DNA of 64,000 bases from Myxococcales bacterium (GCA_043747615.1 JAYTOU010000017.1:64001-128000), one strand, 5' to 3'; positions 1 to 12,327 are shown, counted from the first letter of the stretch. Made by a program: numbers and translations. The notes: generated from the sequence alone by a model not told the origin.

Positions 1-534
1 CTCGCCAGTGATGAGCACGGTCGCCCGCGAGCTCGCGACCTGACGCGCGACGCGATAAACCTTCTGCATCGCGGGGCTCGCCCCAAGGAGCCCTTGCACA
101 CCTTCGCCGTCGCGCTCTCGGAGCTGGCTCCGAAGGTTCTCGGCCTCGACCCGGATCTCACGTCGCTCGAGGGCGCGCTCGATGGTCAGCGCGAGAGCGT
201 CGAAGTCGATCGGTTTCGTCAGGAACTCCTCGGCGCCAGCGCGCATCGCCTGAACCGCGATGTTCACGTCCCCGAACGCCGTACACACGATCACCGGCAC
301 ATCTCGATCGAGAGCGCGGAGCTGCTTGAGAAGCTCAATGCCGTCCATCCGCGGCATTTTTAGATCGGTCACCACGACGTCGGCCGGCGCCTCCGCGAAG
401 AGAGCGAGGGCTTCGGTGCCATCCTCCGCGCAGTCGACCGTGTAGCCCTCTTGCGTGAGGAGCTTTTCCAAGCCCGACCGTGCGCTCGCCTCGTCGTCGA
501 CGACCAGCACTCGTGCTTTTGATTTCGTTTCCAT
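1..534 (-). CDS. Sigma54-dependent response regulator (REC + start of AAA+), runs off the window edge
   Basis: Not in the ORF track. Manual translation from ATG 534 gives [26 protein letters not shown]...[31 protein letters not shown], an NtrC-type receiver followed by the sigma54 activator Walker A lead-in. Lies directly downstream of a histidine kinase. Confidence 0.9.
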   Translation of the reverse strand, partial: METKSKARVLVVDDEASARSGLEKLLTQEGYTVDCAEDGTEALALFAEAPADVVVTDLKMPRMDGIELLKQLRALDRDVPVIVCTAFGDVNIAVQAMRAGAEEFLTKPIDFDALALTIERALERREIRVEAENLRSQLRERDGEGVQGLLGASPAMQKVYRVARQVASSRATVLITGE

Positions 535-540
535 GGGTTC

Positions 541-2121
541 CTATTCGGGCTCGAGCGGCAGGGTCACGCGGAAGACCGTGCGGCCCGGCCGACTTTCGAC
601 GACGATGGTGCCGCGGTGATCGGTGGCAATGCGATACGTTATGGAGAGGCCTAGGCCTGTTCCGTCCGGCTTCGTTGAAAAGAATGGATCGAAGATGGGC
701 GAGTTGGCGCTCGGGATCCCCGGCCCGTCGTCCTCGACTTCGAAAAAGACGCTGCGCGGCTGCCGTCGCACACGCATCGTCACCTCTCCGCCGGACGGAG
801 CGAGGGCTTCCATGGCGTTGGTCATGAGGTTGAGGAGCATCTGCTCCACCTTTGCGGGGTCGACGTTCAGCTCCGCATCGCGGATCGGTAGGTCGAGTGA
901 CACATTCACGTTTGCCGCCGCGGCCTTCGTCAACATCAGCTGCACGACGCGCTCCGCGAGCGCTCGGACGGCGATCGGTTTGAGCTGCGGCGGGCGCGGC
1001 CGCGCGAAATCGAGAAACTCCGTGACCAGCGCAGCGAGGCGCTTGATTTCGTCTCCGACGACATGCACGGCTTCGATCATGTCGGGCTCCGCACCTGCCT
1101 TCTTCAACCCGCGCTCAAGAAACGAAACGTGGAGCTGGGCGCCGTTCAGGGGGTTCCGAATTTCGTGCGCCAGACCCGCCGCGAGTGTGCCGACCGAGGC
1201 CAGCTTCTCTTGTTGCCAGGTCTTCTTTTGCAACGCGAGCTCGTCGGTCACGTCCTGGCCGATCGCAAAGAGCGTGACTTCATCGCCGACGTCGCTGGGG
1301 GCGTAGGCGAATCGCCAGCGAATATCCCTGTATTTGCCGGATTTAGTGCGCACGGCAATCTCCATCGTCTCCTGCGGCGCTTGCTCGCCGCACGCGGCGC
1401 GGAGGATTTCTCGGCCCCGGGTCTCGACGAGATCTTCCTGCAAGAGTGCTTCGCCGAAAGACCTCCCGAGAACCTCGTCGCGTCCGAAGCCCGTCACCCG
1501 CTCCGCCTCGCGGTTGAAGAGGCGCACCTCTGCGCGCGCGTCGAGACCCAAGATCATGATCCGGGCGAGCTCGACGGCGTTGACGTAGCGATGTTCGGTT
1601 TCCTGGAGCGCGCGATTGAGCTCTACGTTCTCGAGGCGCTCGCTTCGCTGGACGCGGGCGACGAACTCGTCGCTGTAGGTGTCGAGCATGATCGCAAGCT
1701 CGAGGTCCAAAAGACGGGTGACCGCTTCACGCGTGCGTGTGGCGTTCGGCCCGAGCGTGGCTTCGGCGATCCGTCCGAGCTCGACTCGGATGAGCGCCAT
1801 CGCCGTGAACATGTACCGCTGGGGAAGGCCGACCTTGACGTGCACACGCCCGATCTTCTGGGTGTCTTCGTAGTACTGCTCGTCGTAGGACCCGGACAGA
1901 ACACGACCCATCCACCGCTCGAGAGAACGCTGCAATCGCGCGATTTGATCCTCACCCGTGAAGACCGCGTGCGCTGCTTCGTGCTCGCGAATGCGCTCGT
2001 AGAATTCTTGTGCGATGCGCGGAAAATGCGGCGCGGCCGAGGGGCGAAGAGCCGCTAGGAGTCGGGCGTCTTCGGCATCGAACGAGACATAACGTTTTAG
2101 CTCTTGAAAGCGGGTTTCCAG
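541..2121 (-). CDS. Globin-coupled (protoglobin) PAS sensor histidine kinase
   Basis: H-box LAHEIRNPLN, N-box NLMTNAMEA, G-boxes DDGPG and GTGLGL, PAS FNREAERVTGF, globin KIGRVHVKVGLPQRYM. The frame stays open 62 codons upstream of the ORF-track start at 1935 (LETRFQELKRYVSFDAED...QEFYERI), back to a CTG at 2121. Confidence 0.88.
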   Translation of the reverse strand: METRFQELKRYVSFDAEDARLLAALRPSAAPHFPRIAQEFYERIREHEAAHAVFTGEDQIARLQRSLERWMGRVLSGSYDEQYYEDTQKIGRVHVKVGLPQRYMFTAMALIRVELGRIAEATLGPNATRTREAVTRLLDLELAIMLDTYSDEFVARVQRSERLENVELNRALQETEHRYVNAVELARIMILGLDARAEVRLFNREAERVTGFGRDEVLGRSFGEALLQEDLVETRGREILRAACGEQAPQETMEIAVRTKSGKYRDIRWRFAYAPSDVGDEVTLFAIGQDVTDELALQKKTWQQEKLASVGTLAAGLAHEIRNPLNGAQLHVSFLERGLKKAGAEPDMIEAVHVVGDEIKRLAALVTEFLDFARPRPPQLKPIAVRALAERVVQLMLTKAAAANVNVSLDLPIRDAELNVDPAKVEQMLLNLMTNAMEALAPSGGEVTMRVRRQPRSVFFEVEDDGPGIPSANSPIFDPFFSTKPDGTGLGLSITYRIATDHRGTIVVESRPGRTVFRVTLPLEPE

Positions 2122-2153
2122 ACGATGCCCCCTCTTTGGCCTCTCGGCTGCCG

Positions 2154-2169
2154 TGCAAGTTGTTCGCCA
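2154..2169 (-). promoter_or_regulatory. Putative sigma54 -24/-12 promoter of the globin kinase/response regulator operon
   Basis: Minus strand reads TGGCGAACAACTTGCA (GG-N10-GC with TTGC), about 33 nt upstream of the CTG start. Confidence 0.65.
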
Positions 2170-2229
2170 ACGCCCTCATGCTTAAAGCAGCGCACCACGG
2201 CACTCGCCATGGGTGCACGCTTTGCGCGA

Positions 2230-2245
2230 TGGCGCAAGCACTGCA
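2230..2245 (+). promoter_or_regulatory. Possible sigma54 promoter for the divergent CBS/REC genes
   Basis: TGGCGCAAGCACTGCA, GG-N10-GC spacing. Confidence 0.4.
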
Positions 2246-2329
2246 GGATGCACGGGTTTGAAGCCATCTCCTACGCGAGTATCGAGCGCGGGAGCGACTC
2301 TTGCTCTCGTTTCAGGTCGGAGGCCGCAG

Positions 2330-2497
2330 ATGAGCATTCCGAAGGTCTACAAATACATGACGCCGAGCCCCCATTCGATCGGGCGCACGCAACTGGTGAT
2401 GGCTCATGAGATGATGCGGGAGCGCAAGTTCCGGCACCTTCCTGTCCTCGATGCCGGCGTCCTGATCGGGGAGGGACCCGTGGCGTTTGCGCCGTGA
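2330..2497 (+). pseudogene. Truncated CBS-domain protein (single partial CBS repeat)
   Basis: MSIPKVYKYMTPSPHSIG...AHEMMRERKFRHLPVLDAGVLIG matches the first CBS motif, then diverges and stops after 55 aa. The second CBS repeat is absent. Confidence 0.6.
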
Positions 2498-2865
2498 AGC
2501 GCCTCTGTGTCGTTGATGACGACGCGCGAACTTCGCGTTTGTTTGCGTCTTTGCTCGAGGAGGACGGCTATTACGTCGAGGTCTTCCGCGACGGCGTCGA
2601 GGCGCTCGAGAGATTTGCGAGCGGGCCACCTCCAGACGCCGTCATCACCGATCTCGTGATGGCCAACGTAGGCGGGCTGAAAGTGCTCGAGGCCGCCCGG
2701 CAACGCTGGGCCACTGTCCCGGTAATTTTCGTGACCGGACATCCGGAGCTTCTCGCGCACATAGGAACGCAGTTCCATCCGTCGCCGCTCGTCTTCTCGA
2801 AACCGCTCATCTACAGCGAGTTCGTCCTCGTCCTTCGCTCTTTGTTCGGGGAGGTGAGTCGATAA
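2494..2865 (+). CDS. Single-domain response regulator (CheY-like receiver)
   Basis: VVDDD, phospho-acceptor Asp in ITDLVM, FVTG, and FSKP. Confidence 0.88.
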   Translation: MKRLCVVDDDARTSRLFASLLEEDGYYVEVFRDGVEALERFASGPPPDAVITDLVMANVGGLKVLEAARQRWATVPVIFVTGHPELLAHIGTQFHPSPLVFSKPLIYSEFVLVLRSLFGEVSR

Positions 2866-2976
2866 GTTATTTTTATGCGCGATTGCTTGCCAACCCAGTC
2901 CTTTTTCTGAGTCAGAAGATGGGGCAGGCCTCTTTTTTTTCTCGGGCGGCCGGGGAAGATGACACGTTCGGGAGTC

Positions 2977-4281
2977 ATGGAGCACTTGACCGTCGGTCCA
3001 CTCACGCGCGCTTCCGGGGTGGTCACCCTGCCCGGCTCGAAGAGCATCTCGAATCGCGTGCTCTTGCTCGCCGCGCTTTCGACGGGCCGCACACGCGTTC
3101 GCGCGCTCCTCGATTCTGACGATACGCAAGTCATGCTCGCCGCACTCCGAGAGCTCGGCGTCACGTGGGAGCGAGAGTCGGGAACCGATGACTACTGGGT
3201 GGACGGCGTCGGTGGTCGCTTCCCCAACAAGTCGGCGAAGCTCTTCATGGGAAACGCGGGGACGGCCATCCGCCCGTTGACCGCGGCGCTCGCTCTGCAA
3301 GGGGGCACCTACGAGCTGTCCGGAGTGCCGCGGATGCACGACAGACCGATCGGCGATCTCGTCGACGGCCTTCGCCAGGTGGGAGCGCAGATCGACTACA
3401 CGGCCAAGGAGGGCTACCCGCCGCTCAGGGTCACGCCGGCGAGCATCAACGTCGAAGCGCCCATCCAGGTGCGCGGTGACGTGTCGAGCCAGTTTCTGAC
3501 GGCGCTCCTGCTCAATCTGCCGCGGGTGCCGACGACGTCCGGGCACACGGTGATCGAGGTCGTCGGGGAGTTGATCTCCAAGCCCTACGTCGAGATCACG
3601 TTGAACCTGCTCGCGCGTTTCGGAGTCGTCGTCGAGCGCGAAGGCTGGGAACGATTCATCCTACCCGCGGGCGTCGATTACGAGAGCCCCGGAGAGATTT
3701 ACGTGGAGGGTGACGCGTCGTCCGCCTCGTATTTTCTAGCTGCCGGTGCGATTGGCGGAGGGCCGCTTCGCGTCGAAGGCGTGGGGCGTACGAGCATTCA
3801 GGGCGACGTCCGCTTCGCCGATGCGGTCGCGCAAATGGGCGCGTCGCTCACGACCGGGGACAATTGGATCGAGGTTGCCGCGCCTCGGGAAAGGCGCCTG
3901 CGCGGGATCGATCTCGACTGCAACCACATTCCCGACGCCGCCATGACCTTGGGTGTTTTAGCGCTCTACGCCGAGGGGCCGACCACCCTCACCAACATCG
4001 CGAGCTGGAGAGTGAAGGAGACGGACCGCATCGCGGCGATGGGGCGAGAGCTGCGCAAGATGGGAGCGGTCGTCGAAGAGGGGGTCGATTTCATTCGCGT
4101 GACGCCGCCGGTGACCTGGACAAGTCCACCCGCGGGGATCGACACGTACGAAGACCACCGGATGGCGATGTGCTTCGCGCTCGCCGCTTTCGGACCGCAC
4201 GCTGTCCGCATCAATGACCCCGGGTGCGTGGCCAAGACGTTCCCTGACTTCTTCGACGCGTTCAGCGCAGTGACGACGTGA
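2977..4281 (+). CDS. aroA: 3-phosphoshikimate 1-carboxyvinyltransferase (EPSP synthase, class I)
   Basis: [32 protein letters not shown] and DHRMAM motifs. ATG 2977 follows GGGAG. Confidence 0.97.
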   Translation: MEHLTVGPLTRASGVVTLPGSKSISNRVLLLAALSTGRTRVRALLDSDDTQVMLAALRELGVTWERESGTDDYWVDGVGGRFPNKSAKLFMGNAGTAIRPLTAALALQGGTYELSGVPRMHDRPIGDLVDGLRQVGAQIDYTAKEGYPPLRVTPASINVEAPIQVRGDVSSQFLTALLLNLPRVPTTSGHTVIEVVGELISKPYVEITLNLLARFGVVVEREGWERFILPAGVDYESPGEIYVEGDASSASYFLAAGAIGGGPLRVEGVGRTSIQGDVRFADAVAQMGASLTTGDNWIEVAAPRERRLRGIDLDCNHIPDAAMTLGVLALYAEGPTTLTNIASWRVKETDRIAAMGRELRKMGAVVEEGVDFIRVTPPVTWTSPPAGIDTYEDHRMAMCFALAAFGPHAVRINDPGCVAKTFPDFFDAFSAVTT

Positions 4282-4309
4282 GTCACGACGCCACGCCGTA
4301 AGTCCGCGC

Positions 4310-5146
4310 TCAGAACGAGTACGCGATCGCCGCGCGCCCCAGCGCATACGGTGAGTGCGCCGAGAGCCCCGCAGCGGGGCCAAACACGACCGCGAGGTGT
4401 TCCTTGGGGAGCTCGACAGCCACGGTCGGCCCGATGAAGTGCCTTATTCCCTCGGCCTCTTCGGGATCGACCGCGCCCTCGAGATCCTGCGCAACGTACT
4501 CGACGCCGACGCGCAGCGGTCCCGTGACCTGGTAGCTTGCGCCCGCCGTGACCATGACGTCCATCGCGTCGCGTTTCATGGCGTAGACATGCTGAGCGTT
4601 CGCGGTAGCACCGATGCGCGCACGACCGAGCTCGCGGATGACGGCGAGCTTTGCCCATGCGCCGTGGCTCCCGGAGAGCTCGTTCAAATAGCCAGCGCTC
4701 GCAACGATACGTGTCGAGCGCAAGAGGGTCGCAAACGGGGCAAGCCGGAGACCGGCTGACATGCCGGACGCAGGTCTTCCCGTGAGGCCGAGCACGTCGG
4801 TCGCACCGCTCACCGCGATCGACAGCGCCGGGGCGATCCCCACCTCCGCGCCGCTTTCAAGCACCGCGCCCGGATGAGCGAGGTCCGAGGCGAAAGGGCG
4901 CGCGGCACCGTCGGCGCTCGTGTACGTCACGCGCGAAACCGCCAGGACCCGAAAGGGAGCGGCGACAACGGCGTCGTCGAGGTAGAGCCACGAACGCTGA
5001 GAGACCTGAATTTCTCGCGTCGTTTCCCCTTCCGCGCGCGCGCTCTCCGAGAAGGAAACGCAGGCGAGGATCCCCGCTCCGAGGAGGATCGTCGCTTGGG
5101 TTTTCAACGCGCTCCGTTGCCGCGCGGGCTTTTGCAGAAGGCTCAT
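4310..5146 (-). CDS. Exported hypothetical protein, probable outer-membrane beta-barrel
   Basis: Hydrophobic signal ending ARA, alternating amphipathic strands, C-terminal AYSF. Start codon uncertain. Confidence 0.55.
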   Translation of the reverse strand: MSLLQKPARQRSALKTQATILLGAGILACVSFSESARAEGETTREIQVSQRSWLYLDDAVVAAPFRVLAVSRVTYTSADGAARPFASDLAHPGAVLESGAEVGIAPALSIAVSGATDVLGLTGRPASGMSAGLRLAPFATLLRSTRIVASAGYLNELSGSHGAWAKLAVIRELGRARIGATANAQHVYAMKRDAMDVMVTAGASYQVTGPLRVGVEYVAQDLEGAVDPEEAEGIRHFIGPTVAVELPKEHLAVVFGPAAGLSAHSPYALGRAAIAYSF

Positions 5147-5337
5147 GGACACGTGCGGGGGGAGACTGGGGTTCGAGGTACTGTAGTCGGTCTCGTTGAG
5201 CTTGAGAACGCTGCTGAGTTCGCGACGCAGTCCGCCGAACGTCAACTAGACGCGCTCAACTCTGCCGCCGGCAACGGTAACCTTCGCGGCGCTGGGTGGT
5301 AACCTGCGGCGATGCGACTTGCGCGCCTCACCGAAAA

Positions 5338-6195
5338 ATGAAGGGCATGGCGATGTGCTGCGTTCTCGCGGCGATCCTCCCGCTCGCCTGCCAGCCTCTC
5401 CGAAACGCGACCGCCTCAGCAATCGTCGTCTCGCCCAATCGAGGCAACCCCGTCCCCACGAAGAGGGACGGAGAGCACACGGTCTCGGTCGGTCCGCCGA
5501 GCGCCACGCTCTCGCTCGAGATCATCGATTGCAAAAATCCGCGGGGCACCGTCTTCGTCTTGCACGGCATTCGAGCGGACCGGACGAGCCTGCGGAGCTG
5601 GGGCGAGATGCTGGCGGCAGCGTCGTTCCGCGCCATCCTCGTGGACCTTCGTGGCCACGGGCGTTCCACGGGCGACGGTCTTTCTTACGGCGTTATCGAA
5701 TCACGCGATCTGGCGCAGGCCTTGGACGCACTGCTGGCAGGAGGTCTGCACGTTGGCTCGGTTGGAGTGATGGGCTTTTCTTACGGCGCAGCTACGGGCA
5801 TCCAATGGGCTGCGATTGACGCGCGAATCAGGGCCGTGGTGGCCGTCGCGTCGTTTTCGAGCTTGCGGGCGATCGTCCAAGGCTACGCGCCCGTGCCGCT
5901 CACTACCGACTTCGTGAACGGCGCCGTCGACCTCGCCGGCAAGCAAGGCGGATTCGATCCCGACGCGGCGAGCCCGGTCGTCGCCATCGCCCGCACGCGC
6001 GCTGCCGTGCTCCTCATTCATGGAACGGAAGACCGCCAGGTCCCTGCGTGGCACTCGGAGCTCATCTTCGCCGCGCGACCCGACCGCACCGAGCTCGTCT
6101 TGGTGCCCGATGCCGCGCACGATTCGATCGTTGACGACGCCGTCATCGACGAGCGTGTCCCGAGCTGGCTCGCCGCGCACTTGGCGCGCGAATGA
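5338..6195 (+). CDS. Alpha/beta-fold hydrolase, probable lipoprotein
   Basis: VLHG, DLRGHGRS, nucleophile elbow GFSYG, IHGTED, and AAHD. Lipobox-like PLAC. Confidence 0.85.
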   Translation: MKGMAMCCVLAAILPLACQPLRNATASAIVVSPNRGNPVPTKRDGEHTVSVGPPSATLSLEIIDCKNPRGTVFVLHGIRADRTSLRSWGEMLAAASFRAILVDLRGHGRSTGDGLSYGVIESRDLAQALDALLAGGLHVGSVGVMGFSYGAATGIQWAAIDARIRAVVAVASFSSLRAIVQGYAPVPLTTDFVNGAVDLAGKQGGFDPDAASPVVAIARTRAAVLLIHGTEDRQVPAWHSELIFAARPDRTELVLVPDAAHDSIVDDAVIDERVPSWLAAHLARE

Positions 6196-8162
6196 GCTCG
6201 GTCGCACCGTGGAAAAACGGGTGCGTGGTTCTTGTCGCCCTTCTGGTCGTCCTCGTTTGTTCGCGGGCGGCGGCCGCTCCCGCGGAGTCGAGGCTCGTCT
6301 CGCAGGCTCGTGCGCTCAGACTCGCTCAGACGCTTTCGTGGCAACGGCTAGTCCACTACCGGCCGGGCGGGTGGCGCAATCCGGTGAGCGAGCTCGATGG
6401 ACGTGCGTTCTTTCTTTCGCCCAGTGGGAGGACCGATCCCGAAGCCGAGCTTGAGGCCACGTTGAACGCGTTCCTGTCGCCGGTCGTCCCAGGCCAGGAA
6501 GATGCGCATGCCCTTTGCCGCTTTCCGGCGCGTCGTTTTTGGCTCGACCGAGAGCTGCACTTCGAAGCTGCTCTGCACGCCCCGAGGTGCCCGCGCCTCG
6601 AGAGCTACGACGCGGCCCTCGACCTGGAGTCCATCGCTGTCGTCTACTCGGGGAGCTACCTCAACGCTCCCGAGTCCGCTTTTGGGCACACGTTCCTCCG
6701 CCTCCGGAAACGACGGCCGCCGGGCGCGACGGAGAGCGCCGAGACGCTCGACTACGGGCTCGACTTCGTAGCCGTCCCCGACACTCATCATTTCGCTCTC
6801 TATGCGTTCAAGGGACTCACCGGATTCTTTCCCGGCGTTTTGCGATTTCACTCTTACGAGTACAAGACCCGCGAGTACGGCAATCATGAAGCGCGGGATC
6901 TCTGGGAGTACGATCTTGCGCTTACCCCTCACGAGGTCAGGCTCTTCGCGCTGCATCTCTGGGAGCTGTCAGGCGCGCACATCGACTACTTCTACCTGAG
7001 CAAAAATTGCTCGTACGGCGTGCTTACGTTGGTCGAAGCGGCGGCGCCGCGCGTCGATCTCGTGTCGCGCTTGAACGAGGTGGTGCTGCCCACGGACACG
7101 ATCAAAGCGCTCACCACGATCCCCGAGCTGGTGCGAGGGGTTCACTACAGGCCTTCGCGACGCAGCCAATTTCGAGCGCAGGTGGCGAGTCTGAGCGCCC
7201 GAGACGAAGACATGGCCGAGCGACTTACGCTCGACCCGAACGCGGCGATGCCAAGCACGTTTACGACCGCCGAGAGCGCTACGACACTGGATGCGGCGGT
7301 GCTCGTTCTCGACACACGCTTCGCCACGGCGTTTGGATTGAGCCGCGCTCCTGAGGTCGTCGCTGCACGGTCATCGCTCGTCCAGCGTCGCGCCCGCCTC
7401 TCCGCGCCTCTTCCCCTTCCTTCGTCCGATGTTCCTTTGCCCGGTAGTCCGGCTCGGGCGACGCCGCCGCTCGACAAGGCGCCCGACCGCGGGCATCGCT
7501 CGATGCGCCTCACGATGGGAAGCGGCATCACGACGCAATACGGTGACAGCTTCGGCACGCTTGGCTACCGCCTGACGCTGCACGATCTCGTGGATCCGCC
7601 GAACGGCGAGGCAGAGCTCTCCCTCGTGCAGCTCCTCGACACGCAGCTTCGTTTCGACGTCGCGCGACGAAAGCTGACGCTGGACACGCTGACCTTTGCC
7701 GAAATTCTTGCGCTCAATCCGCTCACCCGCTTCGAGAAAGTGCTTTCGTGGCGTGCGCGAGCCTTTGGGATGCGCCTCCACGATCGCGCTTGCCCAGACG
7801 GCTTCGCGCACGGTCTCGACGGCTCCGTCGGAGGGACAATCGCTTCGCAGAACGAGCACTTCGCCCTCTTCGTAATGGCAGATGCGTACGTCGCTTTTTC
7901 GGGCGCACTCGACGGAATCGGCGGCAGCGTCGTTCGGGTGGGCGTTGGACCGTACGCAGGATTGCGCGCGCGCCTGCCGAGCGAAACCGTAGGACTTCTG
8001 ACCGCGAGCTGGTCCTACTTGCCCGCTCAGAGCTTGCGCGGCACGTACGACGTTCGCGCATCTTTCCGGAGAGCTCTCGGTAACGATGTCGCGCTCGGCG
8101 TGGAAGCGGCAATGCAGCCGTCCTCCGTCGAGGCGCAACTTCGTTCGTACCTCTATTTCTGA
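6192..8162 (+). CDS. DUF4105 (Lnb N-terminal-like) protein with C-terminal barrel-like region
   Basis: WQRLVHY, CRFPAR, SAFGHTFLR, EARDLWEYDL and YFYLSKNCS motifs. C-terminal YLYF. Overlaps the hydrolase stop (ATGA). Confidence 0.8.
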   Translation: MSSVAPWKNGCVVLVALLVVLVCSRAAAAPAESRLVSQARALRLAQTLSWQRLVHYRPGGWRNPVSELDGRAFFLSPSGRTDPEAELEATLNAFLSPVVPGQEDAHALCRFPARRFWLDRELHFEAALHAPRCPRLESYDAALDLESIAVVYSGSYLNAPESAFGHTFLRLRKRRPPGATESAETLDYGLDFVAVPDTHHFALYAFKGLTGFFPGVLRFHSYEYKTREYGNHEARDLWEYDLALTPHEVRLFALHLWELSGAHIDYFYLSKNCSYGVLTLVEAAAPRVDLVSRLNEVVLPTDTIKALTTIPELVRGVHYRPSRRSQFRAQVASLSARDEDMAERLTLDPNAAMPSTFTTAESATTLDAAVLVLDTRFATAFGLSRAPEVVAARSSLVQRRARLSAPLPLPSSDVPLPGSPARATPPLDKAPDRGHRSMRLTMGSGITTQYGDSFGTLGYRLTLHDLVDPPNGEAELSLVQLLDTQLRFDVARRKLTLDTLTFAEILALNPLTRFEKVLSWRARAFGMRLHDRACPDGFAHGLDGSVGGTIASQNEHFALFVMADAYVAFSGALDGIGGSVVRVGVGPYAGLRARLPSETVGLLTASWSYLPAQSLRGTYDVRASFRRALGNDVALGVEAAMQPSSVEAQLRSYLYF

Positions 8163-8252
8163 GTGGGCTCCACGGATTGACAATTTGCCACGATTCGCGC
8201 GCGAATTTCGGCTGAGCAGCGCAGCTTTTCATGGATCGTCATTTGCAGCTTC

Positions 8253-8669
8253 TTGTCCGTCGTGCAGGAAAGTCCCGCTCACGCCCTGCGCCCAATCTCG
8301 GCCCTCGATTGCATTCGAGTCCTGCATCGTCTGGGGTTTCGAATCATCCATCGCGCTCGCGATCTCGTGCTGATGGAGCGGGAAAGGACGTCGGCGCCGC
8401 AAATCGCGCGCGTGCCTAGAACGAAGCCCCTTCCCCAAGATGCGCTCGCGGAGATTCTCGACAGCGCGGGCCTGTGCCTTCCGCTTTTCTTGGCGTTCCT
8501 CGATGGGCCTACGAAGGTCTGTGGGTGCTGCGGATATCCCTACAGCGCGAGCGCGTGGAAGGCGCTGCAGCGGATGGGGACGATGCACGACGACGCGGGA
8601 AGGCCGCTCGACCTACGGACGTGCGCGAAGTGTTTCTCCTGCATGGTCATTCGACCCGTCGACGAGTGA
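8253..8669 (+). CDS. HicA-like domain fused to a Cys-rich (CxxC/CxxC) tail
   Basis: LRPISALDCIRVLHRLGF...LAEILDSAGLCLPLFLAFL resembles the HicA fold. The tail carries CGCC and CAKC. Confidence 0.5.
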   Translation: MSVVQESPAHALRPISALDCIRVLHRLGFRIIHRARDLVLMERERTSAPQIARVPRTKPLPQDALAEILDSAGLCLPLFLAFLDGPTKVCGCCGYPYSASAWKALQRMGTMHDDAGRPLDLRTCAKCFSCMVIRPVDE

Positions 8670-8868
8670 AGCCCCTGCAGCCGCTGCTCGTCCTCGTGGT
8701 CACCCGCGGCCGGGCTTGGGACCAACGCCCAGATCGTGAAACGATTGGATCGAGCACAAAGCCACGGTCCACGCATGTCCGAGCCGCCCGCCAATGACTG
8801 CCTGAGGATGGCCCAAGCCTCCTTGGTGGTCGTGCGCCCCCTCGTAAGCTCGAAACGTCAAAAGCGGA

Positions 8869-8895
8869 AGGCGAGCGTCTTCGGGACGCCCGCCT
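8869..8895 (-). terminator. Probable intrinsic terminator of the GlsB/YeaQ gene
   Basis: Minus-strand stem AGGCGGGCGTC / GACGCTCGCCT with a 5-nt loop, followed by TCCGCTTTT. Confidence 0.55.
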
Positions 8896-8922
8896 AGAGG
8901 AACAGCATTGAGGTCAGACGAG

Positions 8923-9192
8923 TTAGACGCGCGACAGTCGACCGCCACCGCCGACGATGGCGTGCTTGACGCCGATGACGACAATGGCGCCAATCGTTGC
9001 GACGATGAGGCTGTAGATGTTGAAGCCGTCTACTCCGCTCGCTCCGACGAGGTTGAAGAGGAACCCGCCGACCACTGCGCCTACGACGCCGAGGATGATG
9101 TCGAGGAAGCCGCCTTCACCCTTGCCGTTCATGACCTTGCTCGAAATGAAACCTGCGATGAGACCGAGAACTATCCAGGCGATGATGGACAT
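8923..9192 (-). CDS. GlsB/YeaQ/YmgE family stress-response membrane protein
   Basis: MSIIAWIVLGLIAGFIS...DIILGVVGAVVGGFL...VATIGAIVV. SD GGAAAGG upstream. Confidence 0.93.
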   Translation of the reverse strand: MSIIAWIVLGLIAGFISSKVMNGKGEGGFLDIILGVVGAVVGGFLFNLVGASGVDGFNIYSLIVATIGAIVVIGVKHAIVGGGGRLSRV

Positions 9193-9255
9193 GGTGATGA
9201 ACCTTTCCTTCTGTGGATCGTGGGTGACGCGTTAGTCGCTGCGTCATTCACCTTC

Positions 9256-9271
9256 AGCAAGGCGCGGGCCA
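9256..9271 (-). promoter_or_regulatory. Putative sigma54 promoter of the GlsB/YeaQ gene
   Basis: Minus strand reads TGGCCCGCGCCTTGCT (GG-N10-GC with TTGC). Confidence 0.6.
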
Positions 9272-9495
9272 ATCGTGCTACCGCAGCTTCCGATCCAGCC
9301 TGGTCTCGCGTAATTTTCACCCGCAAACCGTATCTTCACGGTTGGCGAGCGTGAGAGTCGCGTGAGACGGGAGTGTCGATGTGCGTGCGAAGGCGCCTCA
9401 ACGGGTGACATTTGCCACGCCACGCTCTCGCGCGTGACGCACCGCAGCCACGATTTCACGTGGCCACGGCACCCAGCTCGACGCCCGCCGAGGCG

Positions 9496-12299
<2,804 letters not shown>

Positions 12300-12306
12300 T
12301 ATTCCT

Positions 12307-12327
12307 AGTTGCGAATCGTTCGCAACT
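12307..12327. promoter_or_regulatory. Fur-box-like palindromic operator
   Basis: AGTTGCGAA-TCG-TTCGCAACT is a perfect 9-3-9 inverted repeat abutting the SD of the Fur-family gene. Confidence 0.7.

Noticed and set aside
2921..2940. GGGGCAGGCCTC followed by T8 as an attenuator before aroA
   Set aside because: The stem is only about 4 bp and I found no leader peptide, so it is too weak to call.
8670..8860. Possible small ORF or mobile-element remnant
   Set aside because: No recognisable motif, terminal repeat or start signal.
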